Assembly: GCA_963924565.1 (NCBI GenBank) | Contig: OZ004612.1 | Span: 7,192,001-7,256,000 of the forward strand | DNA from: Ascidiella aspersa | Lineage: Eukaryota | Length of the DNA: 64,000 nucleotides | Direction of reading: 5' to 3' | Shown here: positions 38,954 to 51,685 of the stretch, piece by piece | How the letters are laid out: each line of letters opens with the position of its first letter | How positions within the stretch are numbered: position 1 is the stretch's first letter | Notes under the pieces: model-generated | Told to the model about the DNA's origin: nothing | What the model saw: only the letters and a program-made list of their open reading frames with translations | The model's database searches: none | Position numbers and translations under genes: made by a program

Positions 38954-41900
38954 AGTTATTGTTTTAGCCGGGCCTTGCGTTTACTATTATCCTGAATAAG
39001 CCTAACGATTTCGGTAAGCCTATTCGAAGGCATACGGGTGTTGTAATAAGGTAGTAATAAAATTAATAACTTTTTCTAAAGGGACTCCTTAAACAACTTG
39101 TTTAAATTGAGATTGGTACATTTCAAGATTAATTCGTTTTAGTGTAATTACATAGGACTTAAAAAGTCTCCCTTCCTTGAACTAGACCAAATCGAAAGCC
39201 CCATTAACAATAAACAAAATTATTCAAATTTTATAAAAGTTGGTTGTTATAGTCAGATATGCAAAATATGAGTTGTGAAACCCTAACTTAGAATAACAAT
39301 TGACTAACTCATAGCTACCCGGTCTGAACGTCACGACATCCATGCAAGTGTTATTTTCTGATTTTTCTTCAAATATAATGTCTAAAGTAATGCAATATGC
39401 TGGCCCTTTTTGACCTGCATATTGCAAGTATACTTTTTAACAAGAAGGATGACGGAAAATGTTGATATATGCAAAGGGTCTGTGCTTTCCTGGCCTATAA
39501 TAGCATGGATTTGCTATTTGTTTAAGATTGTATTATAGGTTAAAGTAAAATTATTTGTTTAAACAGTGATTTTTTTGAACTTGTAATTTACGTAACATCC
39601 CGAATTATCCCATATTCAGCTGTTCTGTTAGTCGATATAGTTATCGTTGCTTTAAATAAACAACATGTATCACAGTAATGATACCCAGCGAGAAGCAATC
39701 TACTTTTGTCAATATCATCACAAAAGATGGAGGGTGCTGACTATAGGAGAACCATCAGACAATGGTCCAATCACCGACGGTTGCCCACCTTCCGAAGGTG
39801 AGTGTTGAGTCAGAGTGTGAATAATATGTGTTTGTACACATGTTTATACACAATATACATGCACCAAAACAAAACTATTTGAAACTTTTAGTCAAAGTTT
39901 AGAACTCCTACAGATTTAACTGTTTAATATTGATTGTTCGGTACGCTGTAATACAGTATAAAGTTTCTTATAAAACCCATAAAAAAAACGAAGCTGTGAA
40001 TCATATTTAAAGGAAGGGTTAAATTGTTAAACCAAGGATAAGGGGTCTATAGACTCAAGATTTCCTGGCAGCTTTATTATGCTTGTGTAGGTTGGTCAGA
40101 CGTCTTCCACTTATACGCAAGAAGGTATCCAGTTGCAGGACACCAACCAATCTACAACTTCTGGAGAAATTTTGATCCACGTGGAAGCAGGTTGACTGAT
40201 GTGAATAGTCCTTACGGTGGATTTGATCAATTAAAGAAAACATTTTATTTACCAGGTATCCGAAAAATATCACACACGGTTTACAGCCCTCCACAAATAT
40301 CTAGACGTGTTAGAAAAACTTTTACTTTATTATTTAACTAAAAATACCTATAAACCACGGCTATTATATTTTTTTTATATACTTTGCTGTGTATAACGAC
40401 ATACAAAGTAAATCTATCCGACTTTACCCTTTCCGGAAAGAAAATTGATCGCTTACCTTCTACGGGAATAAATTAGATGGGAGAGGTGTAAGTTTAGACT
40501 TAGTTTGTGAATAGACTGTTACAACCCACGACTTGAACAGCGATTTGCTGTTTGTTGAATTCAAATTGACCTAGGTTTGTTTCGATACGAGTTGCGTCAC
40601 GACTTTTTGTAAATGTTACAGCTTTCTACGCTTCCAAAGACGAAGATTTATTCGACCCAACTTAAGTTCAGCCCTTTGTTTTTTTAAGTTACGTCCTGAT
40701 ATTCCATTAAGAGGGTGTTAATATTGATAACAACAAACGAGTTTCATATTATTAATAATTAATATAGTGAGAAGCATTTTTGTGGGAGCTCAATACAACA
40801 CAAGTTCTAAGCAATGGTTTTGGAATGATGGTACAAACGCAAACTTTTCCACAACACCTACAACATGTAAACAGAAAGCATTGTCGTATGGAATGAAAGA
40901 TCTGGAAGATAGAAACTGCTCGGGGCAACTGGCCTACTAGTCGTGTGAAGTGAAATTAAATCGTGAGTACGCACAACCAACAAACCACTTTTCACCATCA
41001 TAATTACAACGTAGAAATTGATTACAATCAACATGTTGTGAATTATTGTTCAAAATTTAGTGACAACATGGATAAGAACGGAGAAATGTAACTCCACAAT
41101 TATTAACGTGAACTGGTCTAACGATTTTAACAAAGTGGCAACCAAAATGAAACTTAATCTTACTATAAAGGTATTTTGTTTCTTTTCAAAACAATATAGT
41201 AAAAATGGTAATTCAAAAAGGTAACCTTGTTCATAGTACTCGGAATTGCTTTATCCGCAGATTGAAATCGAAAGAAAAAATAGCAATGTGTTTAATGAAA
41301 GCAAGTCACTACAAACTGACCGCATCAAAATATCAGGATTAGAGCAACGTACCAACTACCACGTAAAAGTAAATTTATTCGACTTTTTTAGAGTTTTAGA
41401 GTGAATTCCGATTTAGCCTACTTGAATACCACATTTGCTTTAAGGTTATATTTTACAATTCCAACAACTTCAGTATTGCGTCAACTCATAACGTCACAAC
41501 TGGATTTGGCAGACCGGATCCAATCACTGACGCCTACGTCAAGTCATCACAGCCTTGTGTTATCGCCTTTCGTGAAACTTCTTGGCAAGACAATGCTACC
41601 TCGTACAAAGTAATGTTTCTTTATTTAACTTTATTTCTCTAGACTTCAATCTGAATTTTGTTTATAGATCACCGCCTCTAGTGTCAACGGTGAAACCAAT
41701 CATACACTTACCACACATAATTATCAAGGGTTTGGTGGAGTTACAATTGACACTAGTAGTCATGGAAGAGGGGTCAATATTACCTTTACGGTTTGTTATT
41801 TTTGTACTTTCCAAGGCATGGCATCGGGCCTTAAATGTGATATGAATTTATCCCAAAAATGTAATATGAGTTTATTTAACCGAAAATGTTATTAAACACA

Positions 41901-44310
41901 AAAGACACAATTTTAATTATAAAGGTCACAATTTCAAAAATTAATTGTTGTGCAACCGAACCACAGTTAAAACGGCAAAGCTTATGATGAAATTTTAACT
42001 GATCTAAGAAAAATCGAGCATAATTTTATCCAATGGTTTAGGGCAGGCCACTTTTATTGTAAACTTATAATGCAAATTAATTTTTTATTATTTTGAATTA
42101 CTCTTTTGAAGCATTATTTTTCAACATGTATTATCGTCAGAAATAAAATTTGAGCAATTCTCCGTATATTATAATGCGAACTGAAACACAGGTGCAACCA
42201 TTTTCGTGCGATGGAGAAAGCACGATTAAGGCCGTGGAAGGATTTTGTTATTTGCCTGATCCCTCAACTGCAGTGACTACTCCAAATCCAAGCACAGTAG
42301 TCACTGGTTGGTCAACCCAAGGTTACGAGTCAACCACGAAACAAGAAATTAAAACAGGTTTTAAAATATCAGATAATCCTGGCATTTCTTCCAATGCCAA
42401 TTTTCCTTGTATTACAGATGGCGACCCCTCATCTGACTTTGAATTACGGATAGTCAGTAAGTGAAACATGCGAAATTATTTCCTTGGATTTGCTCACTTG
42501 TACTTGTTGCTTCAAGCTTTAGCTGTGATTAACCGCTTGTTGTGTTTACATTTAGGTGGCGCTGTTGGCGCTGGTGTGCTTTTCCTTATTCTAATTGCTG
42601 TTGGGTGCGTCGTATACAGAAAGTATGAATATCATAGTATTGTAGGTTTATTGTATTATAAAAAAACAAATATATTCATGCTGGGTAGATTTAACTGTTT
42701 GCTATATTATTACCAACTATATCATTGGGCTCTGGCATGAATAATTCACGACAATAAGGAGGATTTAGGATTTAGTTAACGAATGCATAAAAATGTTTAG
42801 TACGACATCACAAATTTACCTAAAAATAAATTATCCTGTGGTCCACTAAAAAGGGCACAAGGACCCACATTTAGGCCGCGGCCCACAGTTTGTCGACCGC
42901 TGAACTATAGCATTACAATCTTTGGACACCTTAATGTCTCTTAGTCAGAGTTATTTACATTTTTTAGCCTCATTAGAATTAAATGCTATATACGTTTCAC
43001 TGGTCTGAGAATTTAATTACAGATACGCCCGAAATGTGAAACCACAAGATAAAATTCAACCCACCGTCAGTTTCTTTTCAAACGGTAAGGTTTACGAAAC
43101 AAACCTTGATTTTTAAATGTTTCCATTTTTTGGCAAAGTATACTGTTGTTTATTGTGTTGTTGTCATACATGTTTTCAGATGTGGAAAAAAACCGCCAGG
43201 ATGACGTCAATCAAGCGGGACCGTCGCGACCACCGGAAAATGTTTGTAGACGTTTTAGAATTGTAGACGTAAATGTAATGCGTGCAGGGAACTGTTTTTT
43301 TTTTCAATTTACAGTTCGAAAATCCATACGTGAACGTGGAAATCAAACGACCGAAAAATGCTGAATCAAAAAAGAAATTTAAGCTGAAGATCGCCTACGA
43401 GAAAAAATCGGCTGAAAACTGCAAAATATTTTCCAAAGAATTTCAGGTAACGTTGCTGAAAGATTCTACGCAAAATTAGGAAATAAGGCAACCGCTCTAA
43501 ACTTTCCTAAAATGGCTGTGTAAGATCTTTGCTGTACAATTTGTATTGTTTTTTGTAAGACAACATTTTGGTGATTTGATATAAAATAACGCGGCTGGTA
43601 TACAGATATATTAAAAGATGTGATTTAAATATATGATAATGGCCTTGACTTGTCTCTCAAGAAAGCTTTATTTTTAACTGATTAGTTTTAATGTTTGTAG
43701 GAAATCATTCGAATTGATAAAAGCACACCGAAATCCTGCAAACAAGCCACATCAGATTTAAATGCACCTCGAAACCGGTACAAGAACATATTTACATGTA
43801 AGTGTACATATCGATTATCCGTTTTTAATTTAATGTAATCGCTAGCTAGTTACGGCAATTTTAAATCTGTTCAAAGAAAGTTAATTTCCTTTAATATCAT
43901 TGCTTTGTTGTGAATACACACGGCCTACTATTTTAACCAAGCATGAACAATATTTTATAGACGACCACTCTAGAGTGTTTGTTTTTGGTGGAAGTGAAGG
44001 AAACGATTACATCAACGCCTCCTACATTCCGGTAAGGCCTCGTGCTTTTACTTTCAAAACAAATTTGATTGACAGAAACTTTGTTTCCTTGTAGCGTTAA
44101 CTTTCTTCACTTTTTTAGGGCTACCAAAATGACAAGAAATTTATTGCTACCCAAGGACCAAAGCCAAACACCATTTCCGACTTCTGGCTGATGGTTTGGC
44201 AGCAAGAATCCTCGGTGGTTGTAATGTTAACCAGACTGACAGAATACGGAAAGGTAAAATGTGTTAACAAATGCTGAAGCATATAAACACGCGACAAAAA
44301 ATATACCGAC

Positions 44311-44924
44311 AAAGGCTGCGGACTTCTGTCGGGACTCGGGACCCGGGGATAAAATTAGATGGGAGTGGTGTAAGTTTAGACTTGGATTACGCCTATACTG
44401 TTACAACCCATGACTTGAACATTTGCTGTTTGATGAACTCAAATTGACCTATGCATGTTTGATACGAGTTGCTTTACGACTATTTGTAAATGGTACAGCC
44501 CATTTTTTCATGTTACATCGTTATATTCGATTAAGACTCACCTAGTCGGTTAGTTTTGCTTGATCGGAATTGGATCTCTAAACTCGAATGAGACTACATA
44601 AAACTACCCGAATTCGCAGTAGCAATTTTCGAAACTGATAAGTCAAAAATTGTAATCTCGCAAAGGAGAATAGCATGTGGTGAAACATTTACCAAGCACG
44701 TGTTATGGAGGGATAAATTGGGTGACTATCCAATATGATTGTATTATTTTGTATCCACCTTGTTTTAGTTACGTAAGTTGGTTGAATACCGGTTATAAAG
44801 TTGGAGCCGGTTCGGGACTTGACGAGATCGCCACATTTGCCGGAGTTGGACTCGGGTTTCTTTTTTGTACGGAGTTAGACTCGTTAGTCGGACTCAGGTT
44901 ATTTTAACCGACTCCGCGGCACTG
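44311..44924. mobile_element. GACTCGG-rich hAT-like MITE, unit 2 (also 59612-60225 in unit 3)
   Basis: Perfect 8-bp TSD ATACCGAC (44303-44310 and 44925-44932), imperfect TIR AAAGGCTGCGGA/TCCGCGGCACTG, nested ~190-bp insertion. Confidence 0.8.
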
Positions 44925-47900
44925 ATACCGACCTCTCTAAATAACACCTTAATAACTTAACTTCCACACATACAAATAATTTTTGTAGGTAATAAACAAA
45001 TCCCATTGCACTTTTCATTACCTGTACGATACTGTTGTTTGTTGTCTTGACTTTAGAAAAAGTGTGAGCTGTACTGGCCAGATTTGGGACAACAGGAAAC
45101 ATATGGTCTTGTGATCGTCATTCTGGAAGAAGAAATCCACATCGGGGGAATAATCAGAAGAAAATTCACTTTGAAATATGGAAATTTACAAGTTGGTCTA
45201 CTACAGTATTTGTATTTATCGTTTAGCCTACTATATATAGTTCCATTTGAAATCCGTATGTGTTACTCCGCGTTTTCACAATGTTTATAGAGAACCTTGA
45301 TCCACCTGCAATATACCACGTGGCCCGACCACGGTATTCCAGTGACAACATCGAACATGATTTACCTGAGAAAAATGGTGGAAGAATTAAGAGATATATC
45401 AAAACCAGTAGTTATTCATTGCAGGTAATCTGTTGAACCCTTCAAACAAATCAATATGCTTTTAAAACCAAATATTACAGAGTAAATCTGACTTCTATTT
45501 TATTTTTTATATAACTGAAAATCAAACGACGCTTATTTAAAAAACTCACCAAGTCCTGATCCTCTAATGTTTACAATCTACCAACAATGTCGTTTAAAGG
45601 TCATACACACATCTATATCGTTGTAGCGACTCTGTACCTCTACCTAGCGGTAATTTATCTGCCCAACAATATTCCTGTGAAATTCCATACATCGCCTTCG
45701 GCTTGTGTCTGCTTTATGCCTTTGTACCGACTCTCTTTTTAAAAGACCGGCTCTGTCTCTCATCACGACCAGATTTAACTGATCTGATTTTCCTTGCTTT
45801 CCTCTGCTCGACCTAGTGTAATGCAATAAACTACACCAGCTAGCACTACACTTATATTAGTCGGCAATATTTTATTTAGATTGCACTACATCGTAATAGG
45901 ATATACTTACCTACATATGCCTACACAGTGCCGGAGCAGGACGAACGGGGACTTACATCGCCATGGACACCCTGTTTGACCAACTTGACGCTAAAGAGAA
46001 CATCGATGCTTCTACTTTTGTGTCAAAGATGAGGGAATGCCGAACAGACATGGTTCAGACCCTAGTGAGTAAAGCCGTTTTTAATTGACAATTATATATC
46101 ATTACTTGCAGCTTACTTAACATTTGAGTATTGCCACGTGTAGCTTACCTGACAGTTGGCTCAACTTTGTTCTGCAATATGACAAGAAATAAAGTGTAAT
46201 AGGCAGGTTATATTAAGTTATGCTATTTTTAATGTACCAGTAGTACCGTGGCCTTCTGAATTAGATTGTTAAACAACACATATACCTCTTGAAACAGGAA
46301 GAGTACAAGTTCATTCACAAACTGCTTGCTGAGCATGAAATGTTTCCCGACTTTGACCGATCGACAAGCGATCTCCAAACTATGACTAAATACGAATTGT
46401 AAGTAAGCGAGATTTATAAAACAAATTTTAGTAAAAGTTTTTTCGTTTACCCACTCGCCATATAGGCATAGTTTATTTCTATTTGAGCCCAAAACCACTA
46501 ATCACCAAGACTACCCTTAATTTTTTGGTTAATTATTTTCCTATCAGGAAACAATGTTTCGCTACGTATAGCATTTAGGTTATAATGAGCACTTGGAACA
46601 CGTACACTGAAAATAATGTCTTAATTAGTATCACATCAATACCTATATTGCTTTCTCTGTTTCATACCATGAATTTACAAATTACAGGGACTTGATTGGA
46701 TCCGAAGAGTTTGCGCTTCTTTCGGAATCATTGGGGAACTCGGATAAGATATGTCAGTGCTACACATTGACCAACATCACCTGATAATGTTTTTCGATTT
46801 AACCTTATTTTAAAACTAACGCTTTTATGCTTTTAGACGATAATTTCAGCGTCTCAACGTGGGTGGATAGACGTCAGGAAGTGGTTAGGATGAATGCTTC
46901 CTATATACAGGTTTGTTGTGTACAGTTAAGTGTAAAAACGTTTGCTACAGGGAGCGTGCAAATAGTTTACACGGAGTTGTCTCTTGTTAATGCAACCTAC
47001 TGGATATTTAAATAATCGATTTTAGAAGTGGTTAGGTGAACTTAAAGTTGTAGTAATTAAGTAGAGTCGCATTCGAAAAGAACCACATCTCATCCCAGTA
47101 TACGGTATACAGTACCCCTTATTTTAAATTGGGCTTTAGTACTACTCGTGGCTTTTGGTGATAGCTTTCGTAAAATTGACTACAATGAATAAACAAGTCT
47201 ATGGGTATTTTTTTCATCTTTTACAGTAGGATTTGGTTTGCGTTTGTCATTGGTTACATTAACTTACAACCACTATGGAGGCCGATTAGTCACTCTAAAG
47301 AGGCCTACATCTTAATTTTTGAACTAAAGAACCTAGGTTTCGCAATTGACTTCATTGCGTCTCAACAACCAGACAGCAAAACTGAGCAAGTGTTTTGGAA
47401 AGCTGCCGTGGAGCAACGAGTTGACGTCATCGTTAGTCTGGTGACTAGTTTTACATTATTTTCTATTAACGATATAGGCCTGCTTTTTTTTTGCTTACAA
47501 AAATATTTTATGCCAACACTTTACTTCAAATTTAGATTTCGAAAACTTGCATGCATTTGTTTGCATTTTAACCCAAAATCCGACTAGGTTTTAAATAACA
47601 TCACATTGCCTTATTCTTTCTCAGGATGACCAGCGTGACCGTTTTGATTCATTTGATTCAAACTCTTTGATTTTTCTTGGAAACAACATAAGCATTCAAA
47701 TAACGTCCGTCAATGACGACGAAGGGCATTCAGCGAAGTCTCTGTTGGTCAAGGTTAATGGTATTATTAAGGTATGGACTTAAACAGACTTGACTTTTTT
47801 ATGACCACTTTTAGAACTTACGGAACAATACGTAAATTGTACGTTTTAAGTTAAATAGGGGTTTCACCGCGAATATCCGTGACAGCGCGAACAGGTTCCC

Positions 47901-50900
47901 TGTAGAACTTTATATATTTAAACGTACCATATTGAATCTTGTATTTCGTCTTCTAGAAGTAAAAAACAGTAAAATAAAATAATTTCGGCGACTAACTGCT
48001 GACATATGTGCTCTTGACAGAAAACCAGGAAGATTTCTTACCTGGTCGTCAAAGGCTGGTGCAACCCAGGTGCGCCACCAAGTATAGATTCAATACTGGA
48101 AGCTGTTTCATCGATGCACAGATTGCTACACAATGCAACAAGAGAAGGGAGAGTACTTGTTTTCTGCAAGTATGTGCTTGTTTTTAGTTTACGGTAGAAA
48201 CTACCTTAACAAAAAACATGTATATTCAAATACAGGTGCCCACATCAATATTAAAACACAATATGGATGCCGATAATATCAGATCGGAGCCGATACTCGA
48301 TGCCAAGTGGTAGTATCGGTAGTCGTCCGATACTAGACTGGTATGAGTGCCGATCTGATACCAAATTAAAATGGGGATTTTAGCTTTAATGTGAGATGCA
48401 AATCAGCGATATCTACCTTATAATGTAAATGTATCAAAAAACAAAACTCTAACAACTTGATGTTCCCATACTTTTTACAAAAAGCTAATTTTGCCCAAAT
48501 AATCTTGAAAAAAAATACCCCTTAAAAATCCCATATTTTATTTTATGAATATCTGAGCATCGTAACGACGTATTTGGTATTGGATGGGATGGTGATAAAT
48601 TTTGTTTAAAATATCTGGCATCGGTATCGGAATAAAATGTCAAGTATCGGACAACACTAAATACCAATAATGAAAAATAGGATCAGTCATTATAAATTTG
48701 CGCTTAAATACAATAGCTGCAAATTGCTGACCAATGAACAGTAAACCATCTATTAGAATTCTTAAACCAGACAAACACAGAAGCATGTACACGTGGACAA
48801 AAATCTTTTGTTCGATAAAAAATCTTTGATAATCCTTAAAATAAACGTTTGACCTATTCAAATTGCTTATCAAGGCTTAATTTAGTTCCCACGATCCATT
48901 CAAGTTCGAGTCAAATGTGTTGTTTGTGTTAAACTCAATTACGAGTTTTCGCTTATACAGGGATGGACGAAATTCAACTGGTATTTTCATTGCCCTGGTG
49001 AACATTCTAGAACGTCTTATGGCTCAGAAAAAAGTAGATGTTTTCCGAACCGTGAAGGATCTTCGTGATCTGAGACCAAATATAATAGATAATCTGGTAA
49101 GTATCGAACAATTCAAAATCAAATTTTCGAATATGTTGTTCTTAACGCCCTAAAACAGCGGTTGTTAACCAGTAACCCCCCCTTTTTGCGCGAATGTGTA
49201 ATGTTATTTGTTGTATATAGCCTTTGCATTGTGTATGATCACATGTTTGTAAACACGATTAACGCAAAGTTTAATTTTGTTTCACGCTTTGCCCGATTAA
49301 GTGTCAACTTTTGTAGCTTATTGTAGTCCCACTGATATGTTATCAAAGAATTCCTAATTTTTGTTTCGTAGGATACATATGTAATATCTGGGGGAGGGCG
49401 CAAGCACAGGATAATTACCAATTGGGGCGCGGTAGGAAAAAGGTTTAGAACCACTGTCCTAAAGAGTATTTGCGCTAATGCTTAAGAGAACATCTTTATT
49501 CGTTCAGGATTGCTACATGTTCATCTACAATGCTGTTCTGGCCTACTTGTCATCAACCAACCCCTACGTTAACTGGACTCAAAAAATAACATAAAGAAAT
49601 AGATTACCCTATTTAAGAAGAATGTACTATTTAAGAAGAATTTAAACTTATACAGAAAAAATATGTAGATTATGTTGTCTATGTTGAAAAAGCACGAAGA
49701 TACTCATTTTCAAAAAACAAATGAGTACAAAGATATTCATTGAGGGAGGCATTACTCGGCATACGCTTCGATCTTTGATAAATCTCTTTCGTGCCCTTCT
49801 GTTGTGCGTTCGTGGGTTCTATATCGTTTGATTGCACACAATGCCGTAACAAACGTGCCTTGCCCTTTTCCCAATAAAATATAATAATGAAGTCCAACGC
49901 TGTGGTGAAAGTTCTTGTTTGATTGAGTTAGTTGCCTTGTAAAAAGGATTTAGCGAATTGTATTGTTAGTACCCTAATATTTGCTACTGTTGATTACTAT
50001 TAGAGCTAACAGTGGAAAATTTACGAACCCCTATTCGCCGCCAAACAAAAGGAGTGGGAATAAAAAACTTTTCACCGTTATTAACAGATCCGCTTCGTGG
50101 GAAAAGAACGTTTTACGCACAAACTTAGGTCGTAGCAGCAATTGTTTAACTTCCGTGATATTCAAGCAAATAAGTAATTCCTGTACCAAACTGCATCAAA
50201 CGAAAGAAAAATCTCGTTAGAACATAAAAATTGCCTAATGTCTGCTGCAATAAACGCGATATTTTTGCGAACTCTGCCTAGATGTTGCAGGGGTTATCAA
50301 TATCCAAATATATTTTTGGGTGGTTTATTTACGATGTCCGTGTCGGTTCTAAGGTGTCTTAAGAGAACTATGGTATAAGGATACGGTCCCTGTGATAGCA
50401 GTAGTTTTATGTTTTGCATGATATTCAAACAAACGCAAAAAGGTAATCCCTGCATCAGATGTCTTCCAACCTTTGGCGTGGTTAAACTTATTGTTAAAAG
50501 CGTTTAAAATACGACCGCGTAAACAGGAAAATTGCTTTGGGCTTTTGAGGCTACAACGCCGATTATTTATCCCTAAAAAACACTTACTGCATCTTATTTA
50601 CCCACGCTTGCCGATTTATTGCAAATTAGATGTGCTACAAAGGTTTGGAAATAACGCCCCAGCGTTACCTTTGACAAGGGTTTTTCGGTATTATTGGCCA
50701 GTTATAGATCTACAATTTCGATAAAGCATTTTCGACAGCACCCATTGTTTTATTATAAATAAATTAGTGTGCCGTTATAGTAGGACGACCTGCGAATAAT
50801 ATAAACAATGTACAACAGCAACGTTTCAGTTTCATGTTCTATTGCGAGTATCAACCCATATAAGTGCATAACACGTTATTCCATGACAGACATTTAGAAT

Positions 50901-51685
50901 ACAGTTTAGCCTGTTTTAACATTCAAACTTCAATGTATGACATATAATCGACTGGGAGAGTAAAGCAACAGGTCGTTATCTATCTTGTGTTTGTTCGTTT
51001 GAAGTAAACAAAGTTAAAATAATAAATAAACCTACGTCCTTATTTCTTCGCGACAAACACATTATGGCATCTTCGAAAGTTATTTATCGTATCACGATTA
51101 AAAAAACATCAAACATCTCAAAAAATAGTGTTGTGTTTTTTTACAAAAAAATCCATAATACAGATTCTTTCCATTAATATATAGATTTGTTTTTTTTAAT
51201 TTGTAATATTTTCGAAATACCAGTTTTTACCACAAGTAAAGCCAATGGCACTTCACAATCACCTCAAATTAGCTTTTTGACAGAAAACGTACGATTTTTT
51301 AAAAGATTGAAACAAAAATAAATATTTCATTTGATGCGAAAACATAAATAATGTGAATCCTGACATATAGAGTTGTCACGTGTCTACTGCATTTATTTAA
51401 TAAAACAGAAACAAATTCCTAGTGTTATTTTATGGTTATACTATGAAAGCAATGGATTGGTTGACTTTTTGTTTGTGCTCGTTTGGTGTTGTGATTGCTT
51501 CGGCACCACAAACGTGTGGTATAACTCAACCCACGCAACCTACACAGGACAAGGAAATCAAATATTATTAGAACGATCGAGCGTGGTTCTTAACTTTTAC
51601 ATTAGTTGGAAAGCAGTTTGCGAGGTACCAATCTATCCTATGCTGCTCATCACTATACCGAACTGAAACTTGTTCTTGTAATTCA

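Larger units (their letters stand above)
36386..49594 (+). pseudogene. Lectin/FN3 receptor PTP copy 2: chimeric, with premature stop in the CTLD C-half exon
   Basis: Same exon series as copies 1 and 3. TAC>TAG at 40938-40940 (L-A-Y-*-S-C-E) where copies 1 and 3 have YY. Remaining exons and splice sites look intact. Confidence 0.75.
34440..49739 (+). repeat. Tandem segmental unit 2 (15,300 bp)
   Basis: Near-identical to unit 3 at offset +15300 up to ~45280, then near-identical to unit 1. Confidence 0.95.

Noticed and set aside
39224-39427. Minus-strand ORF ([26 protein letters not shown]) as an inverted lectin exon
   Set aside because: Cys spacing is suggestive, but there is a stop just upstream, no usable splice sites, and copy 1 lacks half of it.
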